64,000 bases of DNA from sequence record NC_019401.1; one strand, written 5' to 3'. Shown here in pieces: positions 1-8,430 of this stretch (position 1 is its first letter; every line of letters begins with the position of its first letter). The notes below the pieces were generated by a model. That model was given only the letters and a program-made list of their open reading frames with translations, was not told where the DNA came from and searched no databases. The position numbers and the translations under genes are program-made.

Positions 1-36
1 TTCTAAATCAGACAATTTTAAATTTATCATTTTCAT
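1..36 (-). CDS. 5' end of a minus-strand gene running off the window
   Basis: Reverse complement GGGGGA-atact-ATG AAA ATG ATA AAT..., open to the window edge. Confidence 0.4.
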   Translation of the reverse strand, partial: MKMINLKLSDLE

Positions 37-104
37 AGTATTCCCCCATTAGATATTTTTATTTAATGGATTGAAAATGATAAAAATATATTAAATAAGA
101 ATTA

Positions 105-277
105 TGCCGCGAACAGGTTCGATTCCTGTTCATCACTGAGAGAACGTACTAGAAAGGTGCACAGAGTAAAGTACAAGTATCAATAACGGTATTGTGATAG
201 GGTGACAAGAAGATATTCTTGAACGTCTGGTTGGCGTGTTCACCTGAGATGGGATCGACACCCATCAGCGGCTCCTA
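105..277 (+). ncRNA. candidate tRNA-like structured RNA with two T-loop hairpins
   Basis: GCCGC(106-110)/GCGGC(268-272) closing helix; GAACAGG-TTCGATT-CCTGTTC; GATGGG-ATCGACA-CCCATC; several internal helices. Confidence 0.5.
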
Positions 278-444
278 TTAATTAAGGAATGAATAATGCT
301 TCAGTACTTAAAAGAACGTGCTTGTTTTATTTTGTTCGGAATATTATTCTTATGTGTCTGCGGAATTGTTACTAATGCAATTGCAGATGGTATTCAACGT
401 AGCATCACTCAAGAAATGATTGATGATACATATCGTATTCACAG

Positions 445-657
445 GTGATAATATTCATGACATTAACTGAGATTCAAAAAGAACTTCGTAGTTCATTTCG
501 AAACGGATTATATATCCGTCGCCCATCATTCAACTGCATTGAACTTTATATTTCTAAATCTGGTAAAGTGTGGCAGATTGAAAAAAGCAATGGTAATACT
601 TTTGAAACCGAATTCATGAAATATGAATTTAACCTTGATGATTGGGAGATTGTATAA
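445..657 (+). CDS. hypothetical protein
   Basis: ORF track; tiles with neighbours; ATG at 457 is the likely start. Confidence 0.6.
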   Translation: MIIFMTLTEIQKELRSSFRNGLYIRRPSFNCIELYISKSGKVWQIEKSNGNTFETEFMKYEFNLDDWEIV

Positions 658-863
658 TGTTTCCAGGATTCAAAGGTCAAATGGTTACATCAGTACTGAT
701 TGGTGCTTTAAGTTCTACTCTTTATCCTTTTTTACATAGTGGTAAAGTTAATAGTATTGGACTTACAGTAGTCATGATTTGTATCTTTTTGATTGGATAC
801 TGGCAAGGTGAAAAAGTATCTACAATAAAAAATTCTGACAATGACGATAAGAAGAAAATGTAA
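642..863 (+). CDS. small membrane protein
   Basis: Two hydrophobic segments; tiles with neighbours. Confidence 0.6.
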   Translation: MGDCIMFPGFKGQMVTSVLIGALSSTLYPFLHSGKVNSIGLTVVMICIFLIGYWQGEKVSTIKNSDNDDKKKM

Positions 864-1060
864 TGAGCCTTTTTTTAGTTTTTATTTTCCTTTGGAGTTT
901 GTTGATGGCAGTGTCTCAATGGTCACGTGCTGTAATTCAAATATTCAAAGGTGCATATGGTGAATGGTCACTATGTGCTGGTCATGCTGTAATGTATTCT
1001 GTAGTTTGTATTGATGCGTTTTTGCGTATTTTTAGTACTTCACACACAGGGTTATGGTGA
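863..1060 (+). CDS. small membrane protein
   Basis: Hydrophobic; stop/start overlap with the upstream ORF. Confidence 0.6.
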   Translation: MSLFLVFIFLWSLLMAVSQWSRAVIQIFKGAYGEWSLCAGHAVMYSVVCIDAFLRIFSTSHTGLW

Positions 1061-1503
1061 TGCAAATTATTTCATCTGATGAAGTTCCGGTACAGGAACT
1101 TGCACAACTGGCTTTAGATTCACATTTATATCATTCACCCGGCTGGACGATCATACGTTGTTTTGAAGATGTGATTTCAGAACCTGATATTGCAGATACA
1201 TCTAAAATTCTATTACTGCAAGATGATGAACAGAAAAATATCGGTACTGTATTTTTCAATGACGATTTCAACTATAACTATTGGGGTACTAACATTCAAA
1301 TGTATGTTAAACCTGAACATCGTGGAAATGGTTATGCTAAAAAGTTGTTCATCGAGTTGAATAATCGGTTGAAAAAATGTGGATGGGATGGTATAATCTA
1401 TAGTGGTTATGGTATAGGTGGTAGCGATACATTTTGGGGTCAGATGAATTCTTTGCACGAAGAAAAACCAGATGATTTTTATAAAGTAGTTTTAACTTAT
1501 TAA
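1054..1503 (+). CDS. GNAT-family acetyltransferase
   Basis: Acetyl-CoA motif A YVKPEHRGNGYAKKL. Confidence 0.8.
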   Translation: MVMQIISSDEVPVQELAQLALDSHLYHSPGWTIIRCFEDVISEPDIADTSKILLLQDDEQKNIGTVFFNDDFNYNYWGTNIQMYVKPEHRGNGYAKKLFIELNNRLKKCGWDGIIYSGYGIGGSDTFWGQMNSLHEEKPDDFYKVVLTY

Positions 1504-1511
1504 AAACAAAT

Positions 1512-1599
1512 GCGGGTGTGGCGGTATTGGCAGTACGCACAAGACTTAAAATCTTGTAGGGGTTTCCCCTTGTGAGTTCGAATCTCATCACCCGTACCA
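1512..1599 (+). tRNA. tRNA-Leu(TAA)
   Basis: GCGGGTG/CACCCGT acceptor; CAAGA-CTTAAAA-TCTTG; long variable arm; T-loop TTCGAAT; CCA encoded. Confidence 0.95.
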
Positions 1600-1615
1600 A
1601 TTACGAGAATTAAAA

Positions 1616-1810
1616 ATGGCAATTGTATCTAATGAATCACTTGAATACTTAAAAGACCGTAGAAGAAAAGCGAAAGAAACCACTCAATATGATAGTGGCT
1701 ATCGAATAGCAATTGAAGCACTTTCAGCAGCAATCGCCCAACTCGAACAGCTTAAAACAATAACTGATGGTTTTGAAGTTTCCATTTCAATCAAAAGTGA
1801 TATAAAATGA
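1616..1810 (+). CDS. hypothetical protein
   Basis: ORF track. Confidence 0.6.
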   Translation: MAIVSNESLEYLKDRRRKAKETTQYDSGYRIAIEALSAAIAQLEQLKTITDGFEVSISIKSDIK

Positions 1811-1949
1811 TGTGAATAGGTTAGAACTAAATTGACTTGGTTGAACCAAATAGTGGGTAGTTATTACAGTGTTGATGAAGATAATTTGATGAAGGGCAGC
1901 GAAAGTATTCGTATGCCAATTTACTACTACTAAAATAAGGATTAACTAT

Positions 1950-2402
1950 ATGTCAAAAGTACTAAAGCATGTATCATTAGTAACTGAAAACTGTGAAGTT
2001 TTCACATTAAATGGTTCAGACCTTATCTGGACAGATTATCAAAAACAAGATGATATTCGCAATCCGTTTGAACGTTCTATGTCTGAAGTATTAGGTCTTT
2101 GCTTCAGTAAAGATTCTCAAATCTTACTAGAAAAATCATTTATATCATCATTGCAATTCAACAAGCGAACTGATATTACATGGGTTGAATTCGTATTCGA
2201 TAACGATGAAACTGAAATTGTTACTATATGTTGGCCTGAAGGTGAAGAAAATCGTTATCTCACTGAACATCCAGGGCAACGCTGGTTTGTTACACCAGAG
2301 GGGAACTTTATGTTTCAATCATGGTATGCAACAGACAAAGAACGCATGATAAACTTAGATGAAAGTATCTATGATTTACGTGCAATGGATAAAAAAGCAT
2401 AA
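1950..2402 (+). CDS. hypothetical protein
   Basis: 150 aa ORF with AAGGA RBS. Confidence 0.75.
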   Translation: MSKVLKHVSLVTENCEVFTLNGSDLIWTDYQKQDDIRNPFERSMSEVLGLCFSKDSQILLEKSFISSLQFNKRTDITWVEFVFDNDETEIVTICWPEGEENRYLTEHPGQRWFVTPEGNFMFQSWYATDKERMINLDESIYDLRAMDKKA

Positions 2403-2476
2403 TTCGTACTTGACAGTACTGTAACTGTATGATATAGTACTGTTTATTAAGTGAGAGAATAAAAATTGAGGCTTAA

Positions 2477-3286
2477 ATGAACGAGTTCATCGAGAAGTTT
2501 ATCACAGGTTATACTGGTTTGAGTTCTAAAACTCGTAATCATATTCGCTGTTTTAATCGCCGAATCAGTAATTACAAATATGTAATGATTCATCCGGTAC
2601 TTATTAAAGATGACTATGAACTGATGATAGGTTTTGTTAATGACAATTCCAACATCTGGCCTTTGGGTGAAGAAGAACAACGTAACGCATTTAAATTCAT
2701 TGGAAATTATGGTCATGAATTCCTGCGTACCAATGATAAATTGGATACTGAAATTTTCAATCAAACGTTGTACATTGAAACTTCTCGTTTTTCTCCAATT
2801 GCATTGGAAACTGGTTCTTGGGAGCAACTTTTGAATGCTCCGAAAATTGAAGATGGTGAGTTTGGCCTTCTAGCTGAACCGTTTAGTACTTTCTTTAATC
2901 TGGATGAACATTACGACAATGATTTTGACGTATGGGGTTTCTTCCAGGAAAAAAATAAACCGGCTGATGTAGAACTGCGGGTTGTTTGGAAAGATGTTGA
3001 CAGTGGTCATAAGTATGGGAACATTAACACGCTAATCTTTTGGCAGGGTGAATTCATCGGTTGGGTGAATAGTGGTTGTAAATGGTTAGCAACACATGTG
3101 TATAATACAGTAAATGCTGAACGGTGGGAAGCATTCATGCAGTACTTGTATGAATGCTCAGGTCAAAAACCAAAGAATACCTTACGTGGGATTAATGTGA
3201 TTGACATGAACAGCGTAACTGACGTTGAGGGTGTTATCAGTATCCCCGGATTAACCGAACCTGATTACGGTGAATGTAATGAATGA
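2477..3286 (+). CDS. hypothetical protein
   Basis: 269 aa ORF, GAGG RBS, upstream TTGACA-N17-TATGAT promoter (2410-2438 region). Confidence 0.8.
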   Translation: MNEFIEKFITGYTGLSSKTRNHIRCFNRRISNYKYVMIHPVLIKDDYELMIGFVNDNSNIWPLGEEEQRNAFKFIGNYGHEFLRTNDKLDTEIFNQTLYIETSRFSPIALETGSWEQLLNAPKIEDGEFGLLAEPFSTFFNLDEHYDNDFDVWGFFQEKNKPADVELRVVWKDVDSGHKYGNINTLIFWQGEFIGWVNSGCKWLATHVYNTVNAERWEAFMQYLYECSGQKPKNTLRGINVIDMNSVTDVEGVISIPGLTEPDYGECNE

Positions 3287-3686
3287 ACTAATTGAAACGT
3301 GGATGCACAATGTGAAAGTGTATCCACCAGCAGAAATCTTTTTTGAAAAGTACGGTAATGAAGCAAAAGCACAAAAACGTATTGAAGATATTTGCGAAGA
3401 TGTTTATCGTTTTTGTTTTCCTGAAGGTACTAAAAACCCGTTGGGTGATCTTGGTCAATCGTATCGTGAATTTGAAGTTGCATATATTATGGGCTTTGAT
3501 GGTATGAAACCAGAGTACATCACAAAAGTTAAAGATGCGTTCCTTGCTGATGTGAAATACGCAATCACTGAACTTGAAAAGATGTTCAAAAAAGACCAAA
3601 TTCTTCAGAAGTATTATGCTCCGTGGAAAGTAAAATTCGCGGATATTAACTCAGCCGTATATGATATGACGAAGGATTATGTATAA
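3270..3686 (+). CDS. hypothetical protein
   Basis: ORF track; overlaps the upstream stop. Confidence 0.7.
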   Translation: MNVMNELIETWMHNVKVYPPAEIFFEKYGNEAKAQKRIEDICEDVYRFCFPEGTKNPLGDLGQSYREFEVAYIMGFDGMKPEYITKVKDAFLADVKYAITELEKMFKKDQILQKYYAPWKVKFADINSAVYDMTKDYV

Positions 3687-3724
3687 AAAATAAATTGGAT
3701 TGGTTCTACACATAAAAAATAATA

Positions 3725-3838
3725 GTGGAGTTCGTCTAGCGGCCCAGGACACGAAAAGCGATTCTTGACTAAGAATCTTACGGCATTTATAACTTTCATT
3801 TCACGAACGTAACATGGGTTCGAATCCCATACTCCACT
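3725..3838 (+). tRNA. tRNA-Glu(TTC) interrupted by a 41-nt insertion (3754-3794) at position 28/29
   Basis: GTGGAGT/ACTCCAC acceptor; Glu-type D arm; A26-C-G|insert|TTC-ATTTCAC-GAA-CG; T arm ATGGG-TTCGAAT-CCCAT. Confidence 0.85.
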
Positions 3839-3856
3839 CAAATTGAGGAAGGTACT

Positions 3857-4150
3857 ATGAAAAGTATTCTATTTTTCCAATACGCTGCCACTGGTGAAGG
3901 TTGGACAACAGAAATTCGTTTCTGTAATCAATCCAGAATTAGTGACGAACAAGCTATTGAAGAATTCAAACAGCGTCATCACGAGTACTTTCACTGTGGT
4001 ATAGAAATGCATAACATTGATGAAGCGAAGGAAGATAAACACTTCCTACAACATTTACAAGAACATGTACCTGCTTTACATCGTTATGTTTTGGGAAATC
4101 GTGATTGTTTAATTGATATTGACTACGTGCATTACGTCAATTTTTCATAA
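3857..4150 (+). CDS. hypothetical protein
   Basis: GAGG RBS; ORF track. Confidence 0.7.
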   Translation: MKSILFFQYAATGEGWTTEIRFCNQSRISDEQAIEEFKQRHHEYFHCGIEMHNIDEAKEDKHFLQHLQEHVPALHRYVLGNRDCLIDIDYVHYVNFS

Positions 4151-4227
4151 AAATCATTGACTTGTACCGTTTGGGATGATACAATATTTTAACTGGTTTG
4201 AAATAAAAAAGTTAATGAGAGGTTATC

Positions 4228-4506
4228 ATGAGAAACGGTATTGGTATGCGTATTCAGATTATGCCAGGCGGTATCGTTATTGGTCATGTAATACCTAGTG
4301 ACCATCCTGCAAACAACGGTGTAATTGAATTAATTGAAAATCATGTATATGAATTGCGTGGCGAATCAACTTTTGACACTACATCATTTCATGATATTGG
4401 CGAAGCCGATGTGAAAATGTTTGACATAGAATCTGGTGGTTGTAGTCTGGACAAATTCATTGCTTTGGCGGGCGGCAAACATCTTACTGTGAATAACGGA
4501 AAATAA
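4228..4506 (+). CDS. hypothetical protein
   Basis: GAGG RBS; TTGACT..TACAAT promoter upstream. Confidence 0.7.
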   Translation: MRNGIGMRIQIMPGGIVIGHVIPSDHPANNGVIELIENHVYELRGESTFDTTSFHDIGEADVKMFDIESGGCSLDKFIALAGGKHLTVNNGK

Positions 4507-4508
4507 CT

Positions 4509-4706
4509 ATGAAAGTACAGTGGATTAAAATTAAAAATCCAGATGATATGCAATTCTTCGCTGGAAAGATTTATCCAAAAGATAAAGATGACTATCAATA
4601 TATCGAAGATGAATTTGGTACGCAGTACTCGGTAAGTCCTGATGGACTTAAAGAACTTCAGAATTTCGGATGGGAAATTGAGGTACAATATGAAAGTATA
4701 CATTGA
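4509..4706 (+). CDS. hypothetical protein
   Basis: ORF track; tiles with neighbours. Confidence 0.6.
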   Translation: MKVQWIKIKNPDDMQFFAGKIYPKDKDDYQYIEDEFGTQYSVSPDGLKELQNFGWEIEVQYESIH

Positions 4707-5055
4707 TGATATTCGTGATCCTCAAAAGTACTTGACTGCTGAACAAGCTGAAGGTATTGTATGGCTCAAAGAATGGTGGGAAGCAAAACGTTTTTTGATT
4801 GAACATTCTTCTGAAATTGAAGTAATTCATTTCGATCATTATATGGATGAACCAACTTTAACTGGTACTGATCTGTTTATGATGGTTGCGGGTGATTGCA
4901 TGTGGGGTGATAAAGAACATTGGCCTAATGTGAAAACCATTTATCTTCATTCTTCGGATGAAGACCATATTGAAGAATTGATGGAAAACTATGCAGAACC
5001 TATGCATAAGGCTGGTGTAGAAGTTATCAATAATAGTCAGAGGAATAATTACTGA
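4690..5055 (+). CDS. cyclic-phosphate-processing receiver (cREC-like) domain protein, copy 1
   Basis: MKVYIDDIR...W...IHFDHYM...TGTD pattern; start moved to ATG 4690 (GAGG RBS). Confidence 0.7.
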   Translation: MKVYIDDIRDPQKYLTAEQAEGIVWLKEWWEAKRFLIEHSSEIEVIHFDHYMDEPTLTGTDLFMMVAGDCMWGDKEHWPNVKTIYLHSSDEDHIEELMENYAEPMHKAGVEVINNSQRNNY

Positions 5056-5411
5056 TGAAAGTATATGTTGATGATATTCGTAATCCAGAAAACCATCTCA
5101 GTGCTGAACAGGCCGAAGGAATCCACTGGAAAAAAGAATGGTGGGAAGCAAAGAACTTTATCTTCGATAACTGCGAAGAAATTGAAACTATTCATCTGGA
5201 TAATTTCTTAGGTGATAGTACACATACTGGTGCAGATATACTTCGTATGATAACTCGTAGTTTAAAACGAGGTATGTTCCCTAAACTGAAACAAATTTAT
5301 ATTCACAGTTCTGACAAAGAAGTTGTGAATAATTTATATAACTCTCAGATCGAGCGTTGTAAAGAAGCAGGTGTTGAGTTAATAAAAAACTCACGTCCTA
5401 ATCGTACTTAA
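5055..5411 (+). CDS. cyclic-phosphate-processing receiver (cREC-like) domain protein, copy 2
   Basis: MKVYVDDIR...IHLDNFLG...TGAD...IYIHS; tandem paralogue of 4690-5055. Confidence 0.7.
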   Translation: MKVYVDDIRNPENHLSAEQAEGIHWKKEWWEAKNFIFDNCEEIETIHLDNFLGDSTHTGADILRMITRSLKRGMFPKLKQIYIHSSDKEVVNNLYNSQIERCKEAGVELIKNSRPNRT

Positions 5412-5419
5412 TAAAATAT

Positions 5420-5546
5420 GGCGAGTTAGCTCAGTGGTAGAGCACGTATGAAACCCAGGATTCCTGTACTTGAATCCCGCAGCAACTATAACTCTCAAGC
5501 CTTTTAAGCTCGTGGTCGGGGCGTTCGAATCCCCCACTCGCCGCCA
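5420..5546 (+). tRNA. tRNA-Lys(TTT) interrupted by a 51-nt insertion (5447-5497) at position 28/29
   Basis: GGCGAGT/ACTCGCC acceptor; GCTC/GAGC D stem; ACG|insert|AGC-CTTTTAA-GCT-CGT; T-loop; CCA encoded. Confidence 0.85.
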
Positions 5547-5562
5547 AATACAGGATAAAAAT

Positions 5563-5796
5563 ATGTCAATTTTTTCTGAAATTAAAAATAGTTTTTTAAA
5601 TGCTGTTAAAACTGATGTTTCTTTCGTAGATCCAGCAATTGCACGTGAGCAATCATCTAAGTCAGTAAATCCTACTACTTATGATCGCTATCAGAAGTAT
5701 CATTTTACGTCTGGAGAAATGTCTAAAATGGACAAAGTACTTGGAAATTCCATTAATGCTGTAATTGATAATATTAAAAAGGGTATCATTAGCTGA
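5563..5796 (+). CDS. hypothetical protein
   Basis: The true start is probably ATG 5563 (AGGA RBS); the 5470 start lies inside the tRNA. Confidence 0.6.
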   Translation: MSIFSEIKNSFLNAVKTDVSFVDPAIAREQSSKSVNPTTYDRYQKYHFTSGEMSKMDKVLGNSINAVIDNIKKGIIS

Positions 5797-5997
5797 TTTC
5801 AGTTATATGGTGTGAAAAATTCGCGGGTAACGCTTGACAACTGCCAAACACCCCGCTATAATAGCTGGGTGAAAATATGAAATATTTTTATGAAATTTTA
5901 ATTACGATTACAATTATCCTTTCGATTGTTGCATTCGTATCTAAAAGCTATATAATCGCAAGCATAAGCATTATCTTTTTTATTGCTGGCTGCATAA

Positions 5998-6390
5998 TTG
6001 AATTCATTCTTAACCGGAATAATTAATATGAAAACCATCTTTGCCGTTTTATTTTTTGTCGCCGCTGTAGTTTCTGTTGTGTTTGGTCAGATCCCATTTG
6101 CAATTTTCGCAGCAATGTTTTTTGTTATTTTGTTGATGGCTCATAAATCGAAAGATACAAAAACATCAGAGGAACTTCTTGTAGAAGACAGTGGAATGAT
6201 TTTGGTAGAATATGCATTCTGCTCAAATGAAGATGAAAAATTCACTGCTGAAATTCCGCACAAAAGTACTGAATCTCTGACCGAAGAAAAAGTACTTTCA
6301 GAACTGGTTGAATATATCATTGAACGCACTGGTATTCCAACTGATAGTACACGATTGAAAGTACTTTGGTATCGTGAAGTTCATGCATAA
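5998..6390 (+). CDS. membrane-anchored hypothetical protein
   Basis: N-terminal hydrophobic hairpin. Confidence 0.7.
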   Translation: MNSFLTGIINMKTIFAVLFFVAAVVSVVFGQIPFAIFAAMFFVILLMAHKSKDTKTSEELLVEDSGMILVEYAFCSNEDEKFTAEIPHKSTESLTEEKVLSELVEYIIERTGIPTDSTRLKVLWYREVHA

Positions 6391-6402
6391 TTAAATCTTG
6401 TT

Positions 6403-6424
6403 AAGCCCTTATATAAGGGCTTTT
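6403..6424 (+). terminator. intrinsic terminator
   Basis: AAGCCCTT-ATAT-AAGGGCTT followed by T run. Confidence 0.7.
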
Positions 6425-6429
6425 AAAAC

Positions 6430-6517
6430 GGGGATATGGCGAAATTGGTAGCACGCAGGAGACTCAAAATCTCCCGCCAGAGATGGCGTGTCGGTTCGAG
6501 TCCGACTATCCCCACCA
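6430..6517 (+). tRNA. tRNA-Leu(CAA)
   Basis: GGGGATA/TATCCCC; GGAGA-CTCAAAA-TCTCC; long variable arm; CCA. Confidence 0.95.
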
Positions 6518-6545
6518 ATTTTAAGTAAGAAACCAAAAATTTACC

Positions 6546-6574
6546 TTGACTTACATTTACTGAAACTGTATGAT
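6546..6574 (+). promoter_or_regulatory. sigma70-type promoter for the autotransporter
   Basis: TTGACT-N17-TATGAT. Confidence 0.7.
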
Positions 6575-6641
6575 ATATTTCAAGGCGGTAAGATGGCCGA
6601 AGCGAAGAAGTTCAATTATAAATTTACCTGTTGGTGAAAAA

Positions 6642-8375
6642 ATGAAAAAGATTCTGATAGCTGTGACGTTTTTGGGATTGTCAAGTACTTCGTTTGGGGC
6701 AACCAGTCCAAATGACTATAAAGTTTCATGTGATTCAGTTAATAGTCACGCAAGTCAGCAACAATGGTCACAAGTTGCTGCTGAATTACCACGTCTGACA
6801 AATGCGTTGGGGCGTACTCCAACTGAAACTGAAATGAAAGCCTGCGTTGGTAAATCAAATTGGGATGGTTGGCAAAATTCTTCAAGTTATGTACCTACTA
6901 CCCCTGGTGGTACAGTTTCAGTAAGTAAAGATGATTTCAAAAAAGATCAGGATCGCCAAGATGCAAATCTTGATAAAGAAACTCAAGATCGCCAAGATTC
7001 CGACCAGAAAATCGTTGATGACCAGAAAAATGTTGACGATGCTCAGAACGTAGAAATCGGCAAAAAGGCAGATCAATCAGCATTGGATCAAGAAGTTCAG
7101 GATCGTAAAGACGGAGATAAAGCCCTGTCTGATACGATTGATAAGAACAAATCTGAACAGGCAACCAAAGATGGAGAACAGGATCAAGCTATTACTGACC
7201 TTGATAAAAACAAAGTCAATAAAGATGATCAAAAAGCCGTTGATAATGCACAAAACGCCGCCATCGGTGAAAAAGCAAATCAATCAGATCTGGATAAAGA
7301 AGTAGCTAATCGTACTGATGGTGACAAAGCATTGTCCGACAGTATTCAAAAATCCAAAGATGATCAGGCTGCTATTGATGCCGCCCAAAACGTGGTAATT
7401 GATAGTAAGGCGAATCAAGCCGACCTGGAAAAAGAAGTAGCTGATCGTCAATCAGGTGATGATAAACTTCATAGTCAGATTGATCAAAATAACGCACGTG
7501 ATGATGCTCAAGATGTAGCCATAAATGGCAAAGTAGATAAATCTACCTATTCAGTTGATAAAGCTAAACAAGCTGTTCATGATGCTGTTCAGGATGCTGC
7601 GATTGTTGGTCTTGTGGTAACTAAAGCTGACAAAGCTGTTCTGGATAAAGAAGTAACTGCTCGCAAAGATGCGGATAAAGTACTGCAATCAAATATTGAT
7701 TCTGAAGCCCAAACTCGTGTTAACGCCGATATTGCGTTGAAGAACAATATTGATCAGAACAAAGCAGACCAGGCTAAAACTGACGCTAAACAAGATAAGG
7801 CTCTCAGTACTGAAACTGATAACCGTATCGCTGGAGATAATGCACTGAAAGCTAACATTGATAAAAACAAAGCTGACCAAGCCGTAACCGATTCTAATCA
7901 GGATAAGGTTATCACAACTAAAGCAAGTAAGATCGAACTGACAAGTGAAACTGCGTCCCGCAAATCTGCTGATGCGAAGTTGTCCAACCGAATCGATTCT
8001 AACGATGCTACGTTAGTCCAACATGACCAACGCATTACCAGCAATACTCAACGTATTGGTTCTGTAGAAGGTCGTGTATCCAATCTGGAACAAAGTACTA
8101 ACAAGCGTTTCTCTGATATGGACAAACGTATCGGTGATAACCGTAAAGTTGCAAGTGCAGGTATTGCTGGTGCTGGTGCAATGGCGAACATTCCCCAGGT
8201 ATCACAGGGAAGTACGTTCTCAGTCGGTGCTGGTGTCGGTGGGTATGATTCTGAACAAGCGGTTGCCGTAGGGTTTAGTGCACGTGTGAATAACAATGTC
8301 GTCACTAAAATGTCTGTAAGCACTAATACTCAGTCTGAAGTACTTTGGGGTGCAGGTGTTGGTGTAGAGTGGTAA
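6642..8375 (+). CDS. YadA-like trimeric autotransporter adhesin
   Basis: Signal peptide MKKILIAVTFLGLSSTSFGA; coiled-coil stalk with repeated ExxxRxxxDxxL; C-terminal anchor ASAGIAGAGAMANIPQ...GAGVGVEW. Confidence 0.9.
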   Translation: MKKILIAVTFLGLSSTSFGATSPNDYKVSCDSVNSHASQQQWSQVAAELPRLTNALGRTPTETEMKACVGKSNWDGWQNSSSYVPTTPGGTVSVSKDDFKKDQDRQDANLDKETQDRQDSDQKIVDDQKNVDDAQNVEIGKKADQSALDQEVQDRKDGDKALSDTIDKNKSEQATKDGEQDQAITDLDKNKVNKDDQKAVDNAQNAAIGEKANQSDLDKEVANRTDGDKALSDSIQKSKDDQAAIDAAQNVVIDSKANQADLEKEVADRQSGDDKLHSQIDQNNARDDAQDVAINGKVDKSTYSVDKAKQAVHDAVQDAAIVGLVVTKADKAVLDKEVTARKDADKVLQSNIDSEAQTRVNADIALKNNIDQNKADQAKTDAKQDKALSTETDNRIAGDNALKANIDKNKADQAVTDSNQDKVITTKASKIELTSETASRKSADAKLSNRIDSNDATLVQHDQRITSNTQRIGSVEGRVSNLEQSTNKRFSDMDKRIGDNRKVASAGIAGAGAMANIPQVSQGSTFSVGAGVGGYDSEQAVAVGFSARVNNNVVTKMSVSTNTQSEVLWGAGVGVEW

Positions 8376-8430
8376 ACACTCAGAGGGATATTCGTATCCC
8401 TCATTTTAATTGAGCCTAAAAGAGTTTATT

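Noticed and set aside
105-277. tmRNA
   Set aside because: Too short, no Ala G3:U70 acceptor and no resume ORF.
5470-5562. 5' extension of ORF 5470..5796
   Set aside because: It lies within the interrupted tRNA-Lys; ATG 5563 has the RBS.
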